This document shows positions 38,903-48,531 of a stretch of 64,000 nucleotides of DNA, piece by piece. Source of the DNA: Candidatus Latescibacterota bacterium (GTDB lineage Bacteria > Latescibacterota > UBA2968 > GCA-2709665); assembly GCA_965248435.1 (NCBI GenBank), contig OZ252100.1, positions 64,001 through 128,000 on the forward strand, read 5' to 3'. Under the pieces are notes generated by a model. That model did not search any database. It was not told where the DNA came from and saw only the letters and a list, made by a program, of their open reading frames with translations. How positions within the stretch are numbered: the first letter of the stretch is position 1; each line of letters begins with the position of its first letter. A program made the translations under genes and the position numbers.

Positions 38903-39673
38903 GTGATCGCACTCCGGACGCCGCGGGAGATTGATAAGATCCGACAAAGCTGTCGAGTGGTCGGGCTCGCGCATCGGGCCATTCAGAGACTCATCGAGCC
39001 CGGAATCGCGACGGAGGAATTGGACCGAGTTGCGGAAGAGATTGTCCAGGATCAGGGTGCAAGGCCGGCATTCAAGGGCTACCACGGATACCCTGCCACG
39101 ACTTGCATTTCCATAAATGAACAGGTCGTACACGGGATCCCGGGAGACAGGAAGCTTCAGGAAGGCGACATCGTCAGCGTTGACATCGGCGCGAAGTTTC
39201 ACGGCTACTATGGAGACCAGGCCTTCACATTCGCGGTGGGAGAGATTTCACGAGAACTCAAGAGCCTGATGAAGGTCACTCGAGAGGCCCTGCAGAAGGG
39301 CATCGAGGCGGCTCGAGGGGGCGGTCGGCTGGCCGAGATTTGCGGCGCTGTGCAAAATTGGGTAGAATCTAACGGATTCTCGATCGTCAGGCAGTTTGTC
39401 GGGCACGGAATCGGTCGTGAGCTTCACGAAGACCCGGCCGTTCCAAACTACCTCCCGGTTGAGCGAAACCCGAGGTTGAGGAAGGGGATGGTTCTGGCGA
39501 TCGAGCCGATGGTGAACCTTGGTGGGCCTGATGTTGTGGTAGCGGATGACGGATGGACGGCCTCTGCATCGGACAGACTGCCTTCTGCGCACTTTGAACA
39601 CGTCGTTGCGATCACCGACGACAGCTGTCAGATCTTGACGATGTCTGAAGAAGAGGTGGCGGCGATTCGGTAG
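38903..39673 (+). CDS. map: Type I methionine aminopeptidase
   Basis: VVHGIP, GHGIG, HEDP, AIEPM and SAHFEH motifs. Confidence 0.96.
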   Translation: MIALRTPREIDKIRQSCRVVGLAHRAIQRLIEPGIATEELDRVAEEIVQDQGARPAFKGYHGYPATTCISINEQVVHGIPGDRKLQEGDIVSVDIGAKFHGYYGDQAFTFAVGEISRELKSLMKVTREALQKGIEAARGGGRLAEICGAVQNWVESNGFSIVRQFVGHGIGRELHEDPAVPNYLPVERNPRLRKGMVLAIEPMVNLGGPDVVVADDGWTASASDRLPSAHFEHVVAITDDSCQILTMSEEEVAAIR

Positions 39674-39793
39674 GGGTGTCCAGCCCCGACGCAGGAAGCA
39701 AAACTCGGTTTTTGAAGCGGCTGAGGCTTGACTTTTAGAGGTTTCAGCCTTCTTTTTGGGGAGTATCGACTGTTTATCCTAAAAGGCGAACAG

Positions 39794-40360
39794 GTGAGTT
39801 ATCCTAAACAGGCTCGACGGTGGCCAGCTTGCTGGGCAAGGCTCTTCATCCCTTTGACGATTGCGCTTTACGGCTGCAGTCAGCATTATGAGGAGGGGGC
39901 ACATCCGCCCCCACATCCTCCGCCATCCGCGCGCCTTCCGGCAGGACACCCGCCACTGAATGCACCAAAAGAAGCTCCCAGAAGCGGGTCACAGTCTGAA
40001 CCGGGTGCGGTTACCGGAACGATTCGGGTTACAGCGGAAGTGCAGGAACGGGTTCGGAAGGACGCCTATCTCTTTATCTTTGCTCGCGAGCGGCCCGAAG
40101 GTGGGCCCCCTCCCTATGCCGTCAAGCGAATACGCGTGCCCAGCTTTCCTTTTCGCTATTCACTCGGACAGTCAGACGTCTTGCCCATGGTGGGAGAAGG
40201 GATCGTTTTTGGCGATATCCCTGAGATGTATCTCATCGCAAAGATAGACAGAGATGGTCGAGCCGGCTCGGAACCAGGTGATATGGAAGGAAGGTGTCGA
40301 GATAATCCGGTCTCTGCAGGGCAAGGGAGTAAGGACATACTGATCGATCGTGTCTTTTGA
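39794..40360 (+). CDS. Lipoprotein resembling the CcmI/CycH C-terminal domain
   Basis: Lipobox LYGC, LPAGHPP motif, LFIFAR...GPPP...AKIDRDG...GDMEG; start uncertain. Confidence 0.6.
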   Translation: MSYPKQARRWPACWARLFIPLTIALYGCSQHYEEGAHPPPHPPPSARLPAGHPPLNAPKEAPRSGSQSEPGAVTGTIRVTAEVQERVRKDAYLFIFARERPEGGPPPYAVKRIRVPSFPFRYSLGQSDVLPMVGEGIVFGDIPEMYLIAKIDRDGRAGSEPGDMEGRCRDNPVSAGQGSKDILIDRVF

Positions 40361-40387
40361 CGGGGACTTGCGTGGCACAGGAAATTT

Positions 40388-40415
40388 GGAACCTTATGGC
40401 GTTGGATGACGTCGA
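40388..40415 (+). promoter_or_regulatory. Candidate ECF-sigma promoter
   Basis: GGAAC-N17-CGTC. Confidence 0.5.
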
Positions 40416-40469
40416 TGTAGAGGAGTTGGGGCCGATGCGGGCAGTTCGAAACGTCCTGGAGGTAACCGG

Positions 40470-41645
40470 GTGAGGATTGCAAGCGCTACAGTTGCCGGAC
40501 TTCTTGTCTTTATCGTTGCAGGAGTCGGATGCGGGGATAGGCGGTCGAATCCCGTGGGCGCGGATCTCTTGAATCGTGAACCGGGCGGTCTTGCTGTGGA
40601 TACCGTTTCCCTATCCGGCATAAACAGGTTCGAGGGGCTGACGAATTTCGTCTTCGGACACACGATAGACCTCAGGGTAGGAAGGATGAACGGCATCCTG
40701 TTCAGGGCGCTGCTTCGCTTCGAGATCTCCCCCGATGAATTGTTGCAGAAGGCTGGAGCGGATTCTCTTGGGGCTTTGACGGTCGACGCCCTGGAGGTCA
40801 CGCTCAACAGGCATACGGCTTCATTCCAAAAAGGTCTTGCTGCGATTCAGGTCAGCCGCCCGGACGTGTTGTGGGATGAATTCACCCAGTTCGTGGACTC
40901 GGCCCAGGCCGTTGAAGTCAGCCTGCCCTCAACTCTGATTCCAGGAGCCATCGTGACGTTGGAAGGGAACACTGTCAACATCGAGCTGCCAGATTCCGTG
41001 TTCTATAATGCAGTCGTTGAAGACGGCGGTACGATCCCGATCGAGCTTCTTCTGGGACCCGCTGAGGCCGGTGACTTCCTGGCAGTGCTGGCATCCCGCG
41101 ACAGCGCCGGAGCGGCCCCGGAGTTGAAGATGGCGTATTCGGCGGAGGGCACCGGCCAGTTCGAGCATACGGTCGTTCCGACGCGGGACACCTACTGGGC
41201 CGCTCGGGACGATGTCGGTGGGCCGGGTGAGGATCTGCTGCTTGTCCAGTCGGGGATTCGATACAGTCTATTCCTGGGGTTCGACACAACAGGTGTGGAC
41301 ATACCGGTCGGATCGACGATCAACTCCGTAGAACTCCATCTTGACACCGACGATCGTTCCTTCGTTGAAATCGTCTCCTTTCCGCTGGAGGTGGTGCGAA
41401 TCGATGCCGAGAGCGGGGACAGGCTGGTCAGCGACAACCGCTTCACTAACATCCTCGAAATTGGTCGGGGAATGTCCGACACCATCCTGGCGCTGGATCC
41501 TGTCCTGCTCCAGGGTTGGCCCTCTGAAGCATTTCTGAACAACGGGATCTCACTGAGGGCAGTCAACAACCTGCACGTGGCCTGGCTCGTAGCAGGCACG
41601 CCCTGGTTGAAGGTATCCTACACCGAACCTCCGGAGATCGACTGA
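40470..41645 (+). CDS. Uncharacterised acidic lipoprotein
   Basis: Lipobox GVGC, beta-rich, internal duplication ending PELKMAY / PWLKVSY; RBS GGAGG. Confidence 0.7.
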   Translation: MRIASATVAGLLVFIVAGVGCGDRRSNPVGADLLNREPGGLAVDTVSLSGINRFEGLTNFVFGHTIDLRVGRMNGILFRALLRFEISPDELLQKAGADSLGALTVDALEVTLNRHTASFQKGLAAIQVSRPDVLWDEFTQFVDSAQAVEVSLPSTLIPGAIVTLEGNTVNIELPDSVFYNAVVEDGGTIPIELLLGPAEAGDFLAVLASRDSAGAAPELKMAYSAEGTGQFEHTVVPTRDTYWAARDDVGGPGEDLLLVQSGIRYSLFLGFDTTGVDIPVGSTINSVELHLDTDDRSFVEIVSFPLEVVRIDAESGDRLVSDNRFTNILEIGRGMSDTILALDPVLLQGWPSEAFLNNGISLRAVNNLHVAWLVAGTPWLKVSYTEPPEID

Positions 41646-41663
41646 GGAGGCTGAAACAAGACC

Positions 41664-42917
41664 ATGGGTATAGGGAATAGGTTCAACCTTTGCGCTTACG
41701 GCATCTTGCCGTGGGTCGCTCTCCTGATCTCGACGACGGAGGCGGAGACCTCCAGTATTTTTTCCTTCAATGGATTGGGGGATGCGGTGCGTCGAGTCGA
41801 TGTGAGGTCCAGAGGGATGGGAGGTGCCGGGCGGGCGCTAACAGACGGTCAAAGTTTCAACTCTGCGAATCCTGCACTGCTTGCTGCCGCTCGTCGCGCA
41901 GCCTTTTCCGGTCGCTTTTTCATGCAGCGCCGAAGTCTGAAAGATGCAGAGGGTAGGTCACACGTGGTTTCCGACGGCGACATTGGTGGGTTTCAGGTGA
42001 CCCTTCCAATTCGGAACGGATCTGTACTGGGATTGGGCTGGGAACCCATCACTGATGTTGACTTCGGCTTGAGCGTAGATTCTCTGAGCACGGGTCCGCT
42101 TCCATATCGGCTCACGGTCGATGCATCGGGCGGGATCCAGGCGCTGTCGTTGGGGCTCGGTCAACGTGTGGGACCGAGAGTTTTTTTTGGGGTCAGGGCG
42201 GACGCCGTTGTACTGGGGACGATCAACGAAACCTGGATCAAAGATTTCGATGATGCCTCAATCTCCTTTTCCAAGGATCGGATCGTTCGAACCCACAAGG
42301 GTCTTCTGTGGGCGTTCGGACTGGCTTGGGCGCCGGCCCGGAAGTGGGCCGTTGGCGTGGCCTTTCAACCGGCAGGGCACATCGAACAGACTCGGTCATT
42401 GAGAAATGTCTTCAGCGACGATCGAGGGGATGTCTACGTCGACGATAAGGAAAATCGCTTTATCGGTGTAGGCCTCTTTGATGTAGAGGACACATCGGAA
42501 ACAGACCTGGACATGCCGGCTATCCTGGGCGGAGGTATTTCCTACTCATCGGGATATAAATGGCTGGTGGCAGTTGACGCCGAGAAGGGTTACTGGTCTG
42601 ATACCGGGAACGACCGTCGAGATACATTCGAGCTTTCCGCCGGTGTGCTCTACCGAACCGGGGCAAGAGACCCATTGGTGAGTGGCACGAGACTGGAGTT
42701 GATGGGCGGGTTTCACCGAAGGTCACTCTATTTCAAGACCGAGGGGCCGTCCATTTCGGAGATCGGCGCAAGCTTGGGGGTGGGCGTTCCCCTCAAGAAT
42801 CGAGGCGGGATGTTCCGTTACGTCATCGAGTTCGGGAAGCGCGGGAATGAACGCGAACACGGTGCGTCGGAGCGATTCATTGCGCAAACCTTCTCATTTT
42901 CCGGATGGCTGAGGTGA
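41664..42917 (+). CDS. Outer-membrane beta-barrel (FadL/PorV-like)
   Basis: Signal peptide, RSRGMGG...NPA plug motif, amphipathic strands. Confidence 0.7.
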   Translation: MGIGNRFNLCAYGILPWVALLISTTEAETSSIFSFNGLGDAVRRVDVRSRGMGGAGRALTDGQSFNSANPALLAAARRAAFSGRFFMQRRSLKDAEGRSHVVSDGDIGGFQVTLPIRNGSVLGLGWEPITDVDFGLSVDSLSTGPLPYRLTVDASGGIQALSLGLGQRVGPRVFFGVRADAVVLGTINETWIKDFDDASISFSKDRIVRTHKGLLWAFGLAWAPARKWAVGVAFQPAGHIEQTRSLRNVFSDDRGDVYVDDKENRFIGVGLFDVEDTSETDLDMPAILGGGISYSSGYKWLVAVDAEKGYWSDTGNDRRDTFELSAGVLYRTGARDPLVSGTRLELMGGFHRRSLYFKTEGPSISEIGASLGVGVPLKNRGGMFRYVIEFGKRGNEREHGASERFIAQTFSFSGWLR

Positions 42918-42971
42918 ATCCCTGAGGCTAGGCAGAGTCGGCTCAATCCGCGTCTGAATGACGTGTCTATT

Positions 42972-44198
42972 TCAACCCAAAGCCTCCCGAGGATGCGGTT
43001 TGTCATCTTCGGGAGGTCTTTGTATGGGGCCGATCAGACCACCTCCGCCCAGAATCCGGAACGGCAATGTACACAGGGAAATGCCTGCTCCGCAAACAAG
43101 GACGAACGCGATCTCAAAGGATTGAGCCGGCACGGGGAGTATACCGATGGGAAGCAACGGAATAAAGAGGCCGGCAGACAAAATACCCTGGGGAAGGACC
43201 GTGTGATAGGCCCCCGGAGGGCCTGCCGAAAGGCGGCTTGAAAGGAAGAGGCCGGCGGATTTTCCAAGGCCGACGCATAAGGCAAAGGCAAGGAGAATGG
43301 TGAAAGGTCTCCCGGCAAGCGAGCCCAGATCTGAGGGGATCAGATTAACTGCAAACTCTGCTATGATGAATGGCACAAGCAATTGCGAAAGTCGTCCGAG
43401 GATACGGCTCGCATCAGGGTGTTCACGACGAAGTGAAAGCAGCAGTCCGGAAACTGAGGAGAGCAGCAGGGCTGAAATGCCATAGCGCTTGGAGGCCAGA
43501 AAGACGATCAAGGTTACGGTTCCAAAGAGAAAGAACCTTCCCCAGTCTGTACGGATTCTTCGGAGACAGCGGTTTACAACCTCAACCCCGACGAGCCAGC
43601 TTCCGATCTCAAGAAACAGCTCCAAAGATATCGTATGCACTCGTGTCGACTGTAGGCTCAGCACGATTCCCAAGAACAGCAACCCCAAACCACTCGTGAG
43701 CAGGGAGAAAGACAAGGCCTCAACTTGCTTTGAGAGGGACCTGAGCATAAGAATCGGGGCACCCACAGATGCCAACAGCCCCAATCGAAGTGCATCTTCA
43801 GGCGCAAATCCAAATCCGAAGACGAAAACGAAAAATGAAACGAGAGTCGCTCCCATCACCGTTATGATCGAGGGAACGAGATAGCGGCGATCCGAAATCA
43901 GGGATGGTGTGACAGAGGCCCCCAGGTAGAGTCCGACCCAGACCAGCGCGATTTCCGACAGGATGTGGACAGATTCGATTGCAGTCTCAGAGAACAGACC
44001 CGTTGGTCCCATCAGCAGTCCCGCAAGCAATGCTCCAATGAAGGCGGGGAAGCCACTTCGTTCTGCAAAATCTGCCAAGATCACCGGAAGGATGGCCAGG
44101 ATGCCCACGAAGGAGGCGGGTTCCAAAATAGGAAGCGGCCCCTGTTGGATAAGCCAAACGAGAATGCAGAGGAAAAAGCAAGTAAATATATTGCGCAA
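42972..44198 (-). CDS. Divergent cation:proton antiporter (CPA2-like) membrane protein
   Basis: About 12 TM segments, ALLAGLLMGP, GLGKSAG, LPQG. Confidence 0.65.
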   Translation of the reverse strand: MRNIFTCFFLCILVWLIQQGPLPILEPASFVGILAILPVILADFAERSGFPAFIGALLAGLLMGPTGLFSETAIESVHILSEIALVWVGLYLGASVTPSLISDRRYLVPSIITVMGATLVSFFVFVFGFGFAPEDALRLGLLASVGAPILMLRSLSKQVEALSFSLLTSGLGLLFLGIVLSLQSTRVHTISLELFLEIGSWLVGVEVVNRCLRRIRTDWGRFFLFGTVTLIVFLASKRYGISALLLSSVSGLLLSLRREHPDASRILGRLSQLLVPFIIAEFAVNLIPSDLGSLAGRPFTILLAFALCVGLGKSAGLFLSSRLSAGPPGAYHTVLPQGILSAGLFIPLLPIGILPVPAQSFEIAFVLVCGAGISLCTLPFRILGGGGLIGPIQRPPEDDKPHPREALG

Positions 44199-44209
44199 GG
44201 TTCGTTCGC

Positions 44210-45430
44210 CTATGAGGATGAACGATGATTTCGGGAGGCCTGAAAGTTTCCCCTGGTCACAAAGACGGGCAGTGCCTGGGTCAGAAAAATGGTGATGAGG
44301 GCCCCCGAAATCAGGGCATGGTTCGTGAAGTCAATCCCGACATAGAGGCCCTGGATCAAAACAGCCGCCGAAAGGGCCCCAAGAGGGCGCCACGCCATCG
44401 CGGTGAGGTCTGTCCACGGCCGGTTCATAGGAGAGATGTATCTGCCCATCAGGAGGCAAAGCGTTTTGATTGATCCTCTAAGCATGAAAAACAGGATTGC
44501 GAAAATCACGGTCTCCTGGAACGGAAAGGTCGGACTCACTACGTGTTGAGCGAGCAGGCTGCCAAGGAGACCGAAAAAGATCGGTTCCACCGCTGCGCCG
44601 ACGGATTCAGAGAGTTCCAGAATGTTTCGCCTTTGAACGCTCGTGTTGATCAACCATGCTCCACCCACGAACCCGATGACCAGGCCCGGTATCTGGAGCT
44701 GAAGCGAGGGCCCTCCCACCACAGCTATCACACCTAGACACAGGTACGCGCATTTCAGGGCCTCTTTGTGAACGTGAAAGACGAAATCGAGTACGATGCC
44801 TAGCAGAAAACCCAGGACCACAAGGAGTGTGAAAATACTCGTGTAACCGATAAAGGAAATCGGGCCCAGTTGTATAACCGCTTCTTCGCCTATGAATGGA
44901 AATATGAAAGCGAAGAGGATCAGGCACGCGGGATTGACGAGGCGTGCGTGCCCCGCAAACGCCTTCCTCCCCCGATAGAAAACCAGCTCAGGGATCCTGA
45001 GACTCGTGGCAAAAGTGCCGAGAACCAAAGCGACCATCTGGATGTTCCCGCCCAATCCAAGATGGGAAATAAGCAGAGGTTCCGCAGCCAAAACCGAAAT
45101 CGCCACGATAAGCAAAGATGCAAGCGTTTGAACGAACTGTGATATCGTGTCGCTGCCGGGATATCTTCGGATTCTTCGGATCTCAAAATCTAAACCGGTT
45201 TGAAACCCAAACCAGACCAAACCCACCCCGACAAGCGTGTATCGCAATCCTTCAATTAATGCAGAAAGGTGTTCGTCGCTCTGGAGTGAAACGCTCAGAA
45301 ACAGGCCGAACAGAAAATAGTGAAACCGTCCATCTCTAAGACTGTCTAAGAACACTGGAAGATTCGCGCGCTTATAAACTTTCATTCCAACCGAGAAGGT
45401 CAGGAATGTGAGAAAGAGTGCGAGCGACAT
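44210..45430 (-). CDS. Divergent cation:proton antiporter (CPA2-like) membrane protein
   Basis: About 12 TM segments, GFQTGLDFE, EPIFF; RBS GAGGTG. Confidence 0.65.
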   Translation of the reverse strand: MSLALFLTFLTFSVGMKVYKRANLPVFLDSLRDGRFHYFLFGLFLSVSLQSDEHLSALIEGLRYTLVGVGLVWFGFQTGLDFEIRRIRRYPGSDTISQFVQTLASLLIVAISVLAAEPLLISHLGLGGNIQMVALVLGTFATSLRIPELVFYRGRKAFAGHARLVNPACLILFAFIFPFIGEEAVIQLGPISFIGYTSIFTLLVVLGFLLGIVLDFVFHVHKEALKCAYLCLGVIAVVGGPSLQLQIPGLVIGFVGGAWLINTSVQRRNILELSESVGAAVEPIFFGLLGSLLAQHVVSPTFPFQETVIFAILFFMLRGSIKTLCLLMGRYISPMNRPWTDLTAMAWRPLGALSAAVLIQGLYVGIDFTNHALISGALITIFLTQALPVFVTRGNFQASRNHRSSS

Positions 45431-45525
45431 CGTTCCACCTCAGTCGATTGCAAAAGGAGGTGGGTGTGTCCCGCCTCCTTGTTGGTTCGTAAGCCGAATG
45501 ACCAGCGCGTGATTTGATACAAGCC
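45431..45525 (-). promoter_or_regulatory. Structured 5' leader with an internal terminator (riboswitch/attenuator candidate)
   Basis: Lies between a promoter and the start codon; hairpin AAGGAGGCGGG / CCCACCTCCTT plus TT at 45452-45480. Confidence 0.5.
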
Positions 45526-45530
45526 GGGTG

Positions 45531-45559
45531 AGTATACTTTTTTGAGAACTGTAAGTCAA
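45531..45559 (-). promoter_or_regulatory. sigma70 promoter of the antiporter pair
   Basis: Minus strand TTGACT-17-TATACT. Confidence 0.75.
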
Positions 45560-45659
45560 GCACAAGTCGTTTGCGGGGAGTGGGTTTGCTTGACAGGCGA
45601 TGAGTTTTGGCATATATTCAATTCTCCGAAAAAACGCTGTAAACAAAAGGTTTATCGCG

Positions 45660-45833
45660 ATGGAAAAGCGAGAGTTCATCGGAGTTCTGTTTCAGTGCTG
45701 CAACGTCTACAGCAGAGCCTACGTTAACAAAGAGACATCTGCATATGTGGCGAGATGTCCGAGATGTTCTCACCCGATCCAGATTACCATTTCTCCTAAG
45801 GGGTCTTCTAGTCGGTTTTTTTCGGCTGGCTAG
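45660..45833 (+). CDS. Small Cys-rich Zn-ribbon-like protein (57 aa)
   Basis: FIGVLFQCCNVYSR...CPRC...SRFF. Confidence 0.65.
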   Translation: MEKREFIGVLFQCCNVYSRAYVNKETSAYVARCPRCSHPIQITISPKGSSSRFFSAG

Positions 45834-45850
45834 TTCTCGGGAGTCGATTA

Positions 45851-46276
45851 ATGGAGCAACGTCAGAAGGATGTCCTCGAGCTAAGCATCAAGAGCTCCTA
45901 CAACGACCTCGAAAAGGTGGCCAATCTCATCCAAAGAGCAGCGAGAGATGCTCATATTTCCGAAGATACCGAAGAGGATCTCACGATCTCTGTTTTGGAG
46001 GCCGTCAACAATGCGATCCAGCACGGAAATCGGGAAGACAAGAGCAAGCAAGTACATATTCGGGTCGAAACGACATCGGGGGAGATTACCGTGTCGATTC
46101 AGGATGAAGGGGAAGGATTTGATCTGAAATCCGTTCCTGATCCCAGAAGTGGAGAGAATCTACTTAACACATCCGGGCGGGGTATCCTGATAATGAAGGA
46201 ATTTATGGACCAGGTAACATTCTGTGTTGAGAAGAAGGGAACATTGGTGGAAATGACCAAACGGTTTGCGGCATAA
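45851..46276 (+). CDS. RsbW-like anti-sigma factor / Ser kinase (HATPase_c)
   Basis: EAVNNAIQHGN, DEGEGF, SGRGILIM. Confidence 0.88.
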   Translation: MEQRQKDVLELSIKSSYNDLEKVANLIQRAARDAHISEDTEEDLTISVLEAVNNAIQHGNREDKSKQVHIRVETTSGEITVSIQDEGEGFDLKSVPDPRSGENLLNTSGRGILIMKEFMDQVTFCVEKKGTLVEMTKRFAA

Positions 46277-46291
46277 CAATTAGGGAGACAG

Positions 46292-46603
46292 ATGCAAGTT
46301 TCCATCGCGGGGCACCAGTTTGAGCTGTCGGATCGATTGAAAGTCTACATCGAAGAAGAGCTGACAAAGCTCGAGCGATTCTACACACCGCTTCTGGATT
46401 GTCAAGTTACGCTGAGCCAGGAGGGTAGAACGCGAAGGGCCAACGTCGTTGTTCATGTCCACGCACAGGTTCTGAAGGCTTCGCACGAAGCAGACAAAGT
46501 TTACGTTGCGGTGGATGGCGCTATGGACAAGATGGGCAATCAGCTAAAGAGGCTCCGCGACAAACGCCGGCACCATCGCGGTGGGCCTGAAAAAAGTTCA
46601 TAA
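46292..46603 (+). CDS. hpf: Ribosome hibernation factor (short HPF/RaiA)
   Basis: S30AE pattern: MQVSIAGHQFELSDRLKVYIEE...YVAVDGAMDKM..QLKR. Confidence 0.88.
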   Translation: MQVSIAGHQFELSDRLKVYIEEELTKLERFYTPLLDCQVTLSQEGRTRRANVVVHVHAQVLKASHEADKVYVAVDGAMDKMGNQLKRLRDKRRHHRGGPEKSS

Positions 46604-46630
46604 AGAAAATTTGCACTGGAGATTCTAGGT

Positions 46631-47560
46631 TTGCGGTCTATTTGTGTGGGAGAAGTCCTCGAGCGGTACGGTGAAAGGCTTGCGTTGCGAGCCGTATCTG
46701 GTTTGAAGGGACTTAAAAACAATCTGACGTCGAGTGATCTGCATCGGCCAGGTCTGGTCCTATCAGGGTTTGTCGGCCTTTTTACGTTTGACCAGGTCCA
46801 ACTACTCGGCAATACCGAGATGCTTTATCTTGTTGGACTTTCCCCGGACAAGCAAAGATTGGTCCTCGAAACGGTCTACCAGTTTGACATCCCGTGCATT
46901 ATCGTTACCGATGACAATGAAGTTCCTCAGTTGATGAAGGAGTTTTCCGATTCACGCGACATCCCACTCTTAGTGACATCCTTCTCCACAACCAAGTTTT
47001 CGCATTTGTTATCCTATTTCCTGGATGACGTGTTCGCCCCAGAAACCAGTATACACGGGACTCTTGTCGATGTTTATGGCATAGGGCTCCTTTTTGTGGG
47101 ACGCAGCGGAATCGGCAAAAGCGAAATTGCGTTGGATCTGGTCGAACGGGGTCATACACTCGTAGCGGATGATGTTGTAATCGTTTCAAGAAAGCTGCAA
47201 GGGGTCCTCGCGGGGACGAGCGACGATGCGCTTCGGGATCATATGGAGATTCGTGGACTGGGTATTTTGAACGTCCAGCACATGTTCGGAGTGAATGCTG
47301 CACGAATCCAAAAGCGAATAGAGGTTGTCGTCCAACTCGTTGAATGGGAAGACTCTGGCTCCTACGATCGAGTGGGACTTGAAGAGGATTGGGTATCGAT
47401 CCTGGATGTTGAAATTTCCAGGGTCACGGTCCCGATCTATCCAGGAAAGAATATCACGGTGATCGCCGAGGCGATCGCGTTAAATTATCAGTTGAAACTT
47501 CAGGGTTGCCAAACCGCTAAGGAGTTTAACAGGAAGCTTCTCAGAAGGATGCGAAAGTAA
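46631..47560 (+). CDS. hprK: HPr kinase/phosphorylase
   Basis: HGTLVDVYG, GRSGIGKSE, LVADD, MEIRGLGI. Confidence 0.95.
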   Translation: MRSICVGEVLERYGERLALRAVSGLKGLKNNLTSSDLHRPGLVLSGFVGLFTFDQVQLLGNTEMLYLVGLSPDKQRLVLETVYQFDIPCIIVTDDNEVPQLMKEFSDSRDIPLLVTSFSTTKFSHLLSYFLDDVFAPETSIHGTLVDVYGIGLLFVGRSGIGKSEIALDLVERGHTLVADDVVIVSRKLQGVLAGTSDDALRDHMEIRGLGILNVQHMFGVNAARIQKRIEVVVQLVEWEDSGSYDRVGLEEDWVSILDVEISRVTVPIYPGKNITVIAEAIALNYQLKLQGCQTAKEFNRKLLRRMRK

Positions 47561-47602
47561 GTGGACTCGGGGAAGGCAATTCGAACAGATTTGGAGTGAG
47601 CC

Positions 47603-48526
47603 ATGCGTTTGAGATACATGCATCTCTATTTCGGAATACTGCTCGTGCTTGTTGGCTGCCAGGGCCGGATGGCGACTCAGCAGCAGGAGGCAGCGCGGCA
47701 GGTTTTAGCCGCACGGGATTTTGAGGAGGACTTTGCGGATCTTCCGAGGGCAATCGAGCGTTACGCCGAGATCGCACAAAAGTATCCAGATGTTGATGGG
47801 GGAATCCGTGCATTGGATCGGCATCGAAAGCTAAAAAATGTGCTTCAAATCTTAACCGAGATAGACTCGAAGTCAAAAGACGATCAGTTTGTCGCCTATG
47901 CGAGAATTTGCACCCTCGTTCCGGACTATGGTCCGGCGCTTAGAAAGCTGGGCACGTTGAACTTCAATAAGACGTATATCCACTCTCGAGCAGCTGCGAA
48001 ATTGAAACACGAAGCAACCGCCGAAGAGGTGCTCAGAGTGTGGAGCCAACAGGACAGCCTTTGGTCGGGATATGAGTTTCGTGCGACGGCCTTGGACCGC
48101 GAGTGGAGGGATAGACTTTGCAGTCAGGCTCTGGAAGTCGCTCGTATGCTTGAAGCGTTCAGGCGATATGACGAAGCCCTCGAGATTGTCGACCGCGGCT
48201 TGGACTATGCGGTCAACGAAGATGTCAAAGCGCACGCGAAGGTCTTCGCTGCGTTTTACACGTTTCGCAAGGCACGTTTTAATGAGTCGATCGTATTGGC
48301 TGAAGAGGGCCTGAGCTATGAATTTCTGTCGAAAGAGGACAAATCTCGGGCCTACCATACAATCGGACTGTGCTATACCTATATTCACGAGGACACCGGC
48401 CAGTTGTCTGACCTGGACGCGGGCATCAAGGCCTTGAATGAAGCCGTGATCATCGATCCATCGAATGCAGAGGCCAAGCGCATGCTTAAGGCCCTTCGAA
48501 TTCAGCGGGAACGGCTCTACCTTTAG
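47603..48526 (+). CDS. TPR-like lipoprotein
   Basis: Lipobox LVGC, helical TPR-type repeats ending DPSNAEA. Confidence 0.7.
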   Translation: MRLRYMHLYFGILLVLVGCQGRMATQQQEAARQVLAARDFEEDFADLPRAIERYAEIAQKYPDVDGGIRALDRHRKLKNVLQILTEIDSKSKDDQFVAYARICTLVPDYGPALRKLGTLNFNKTYIHSRAAAKLKHEATAEEVLRVWSQQDSLWSGYEFRATALDREWRDRLCSQALEVARMLEAFRRYDEALEIVDRGLDYAVNEDVKAHAKVFAAFYTFRKARFNESIVLAEEGLSYEFLSKEDKSRAYHTIGLCYTYIHEDTGQLSDLDAGIKALNEAVIIDPSNAEAKRMLKALRIQRERLYL

Positions 48527-48531
48527 GGCAA

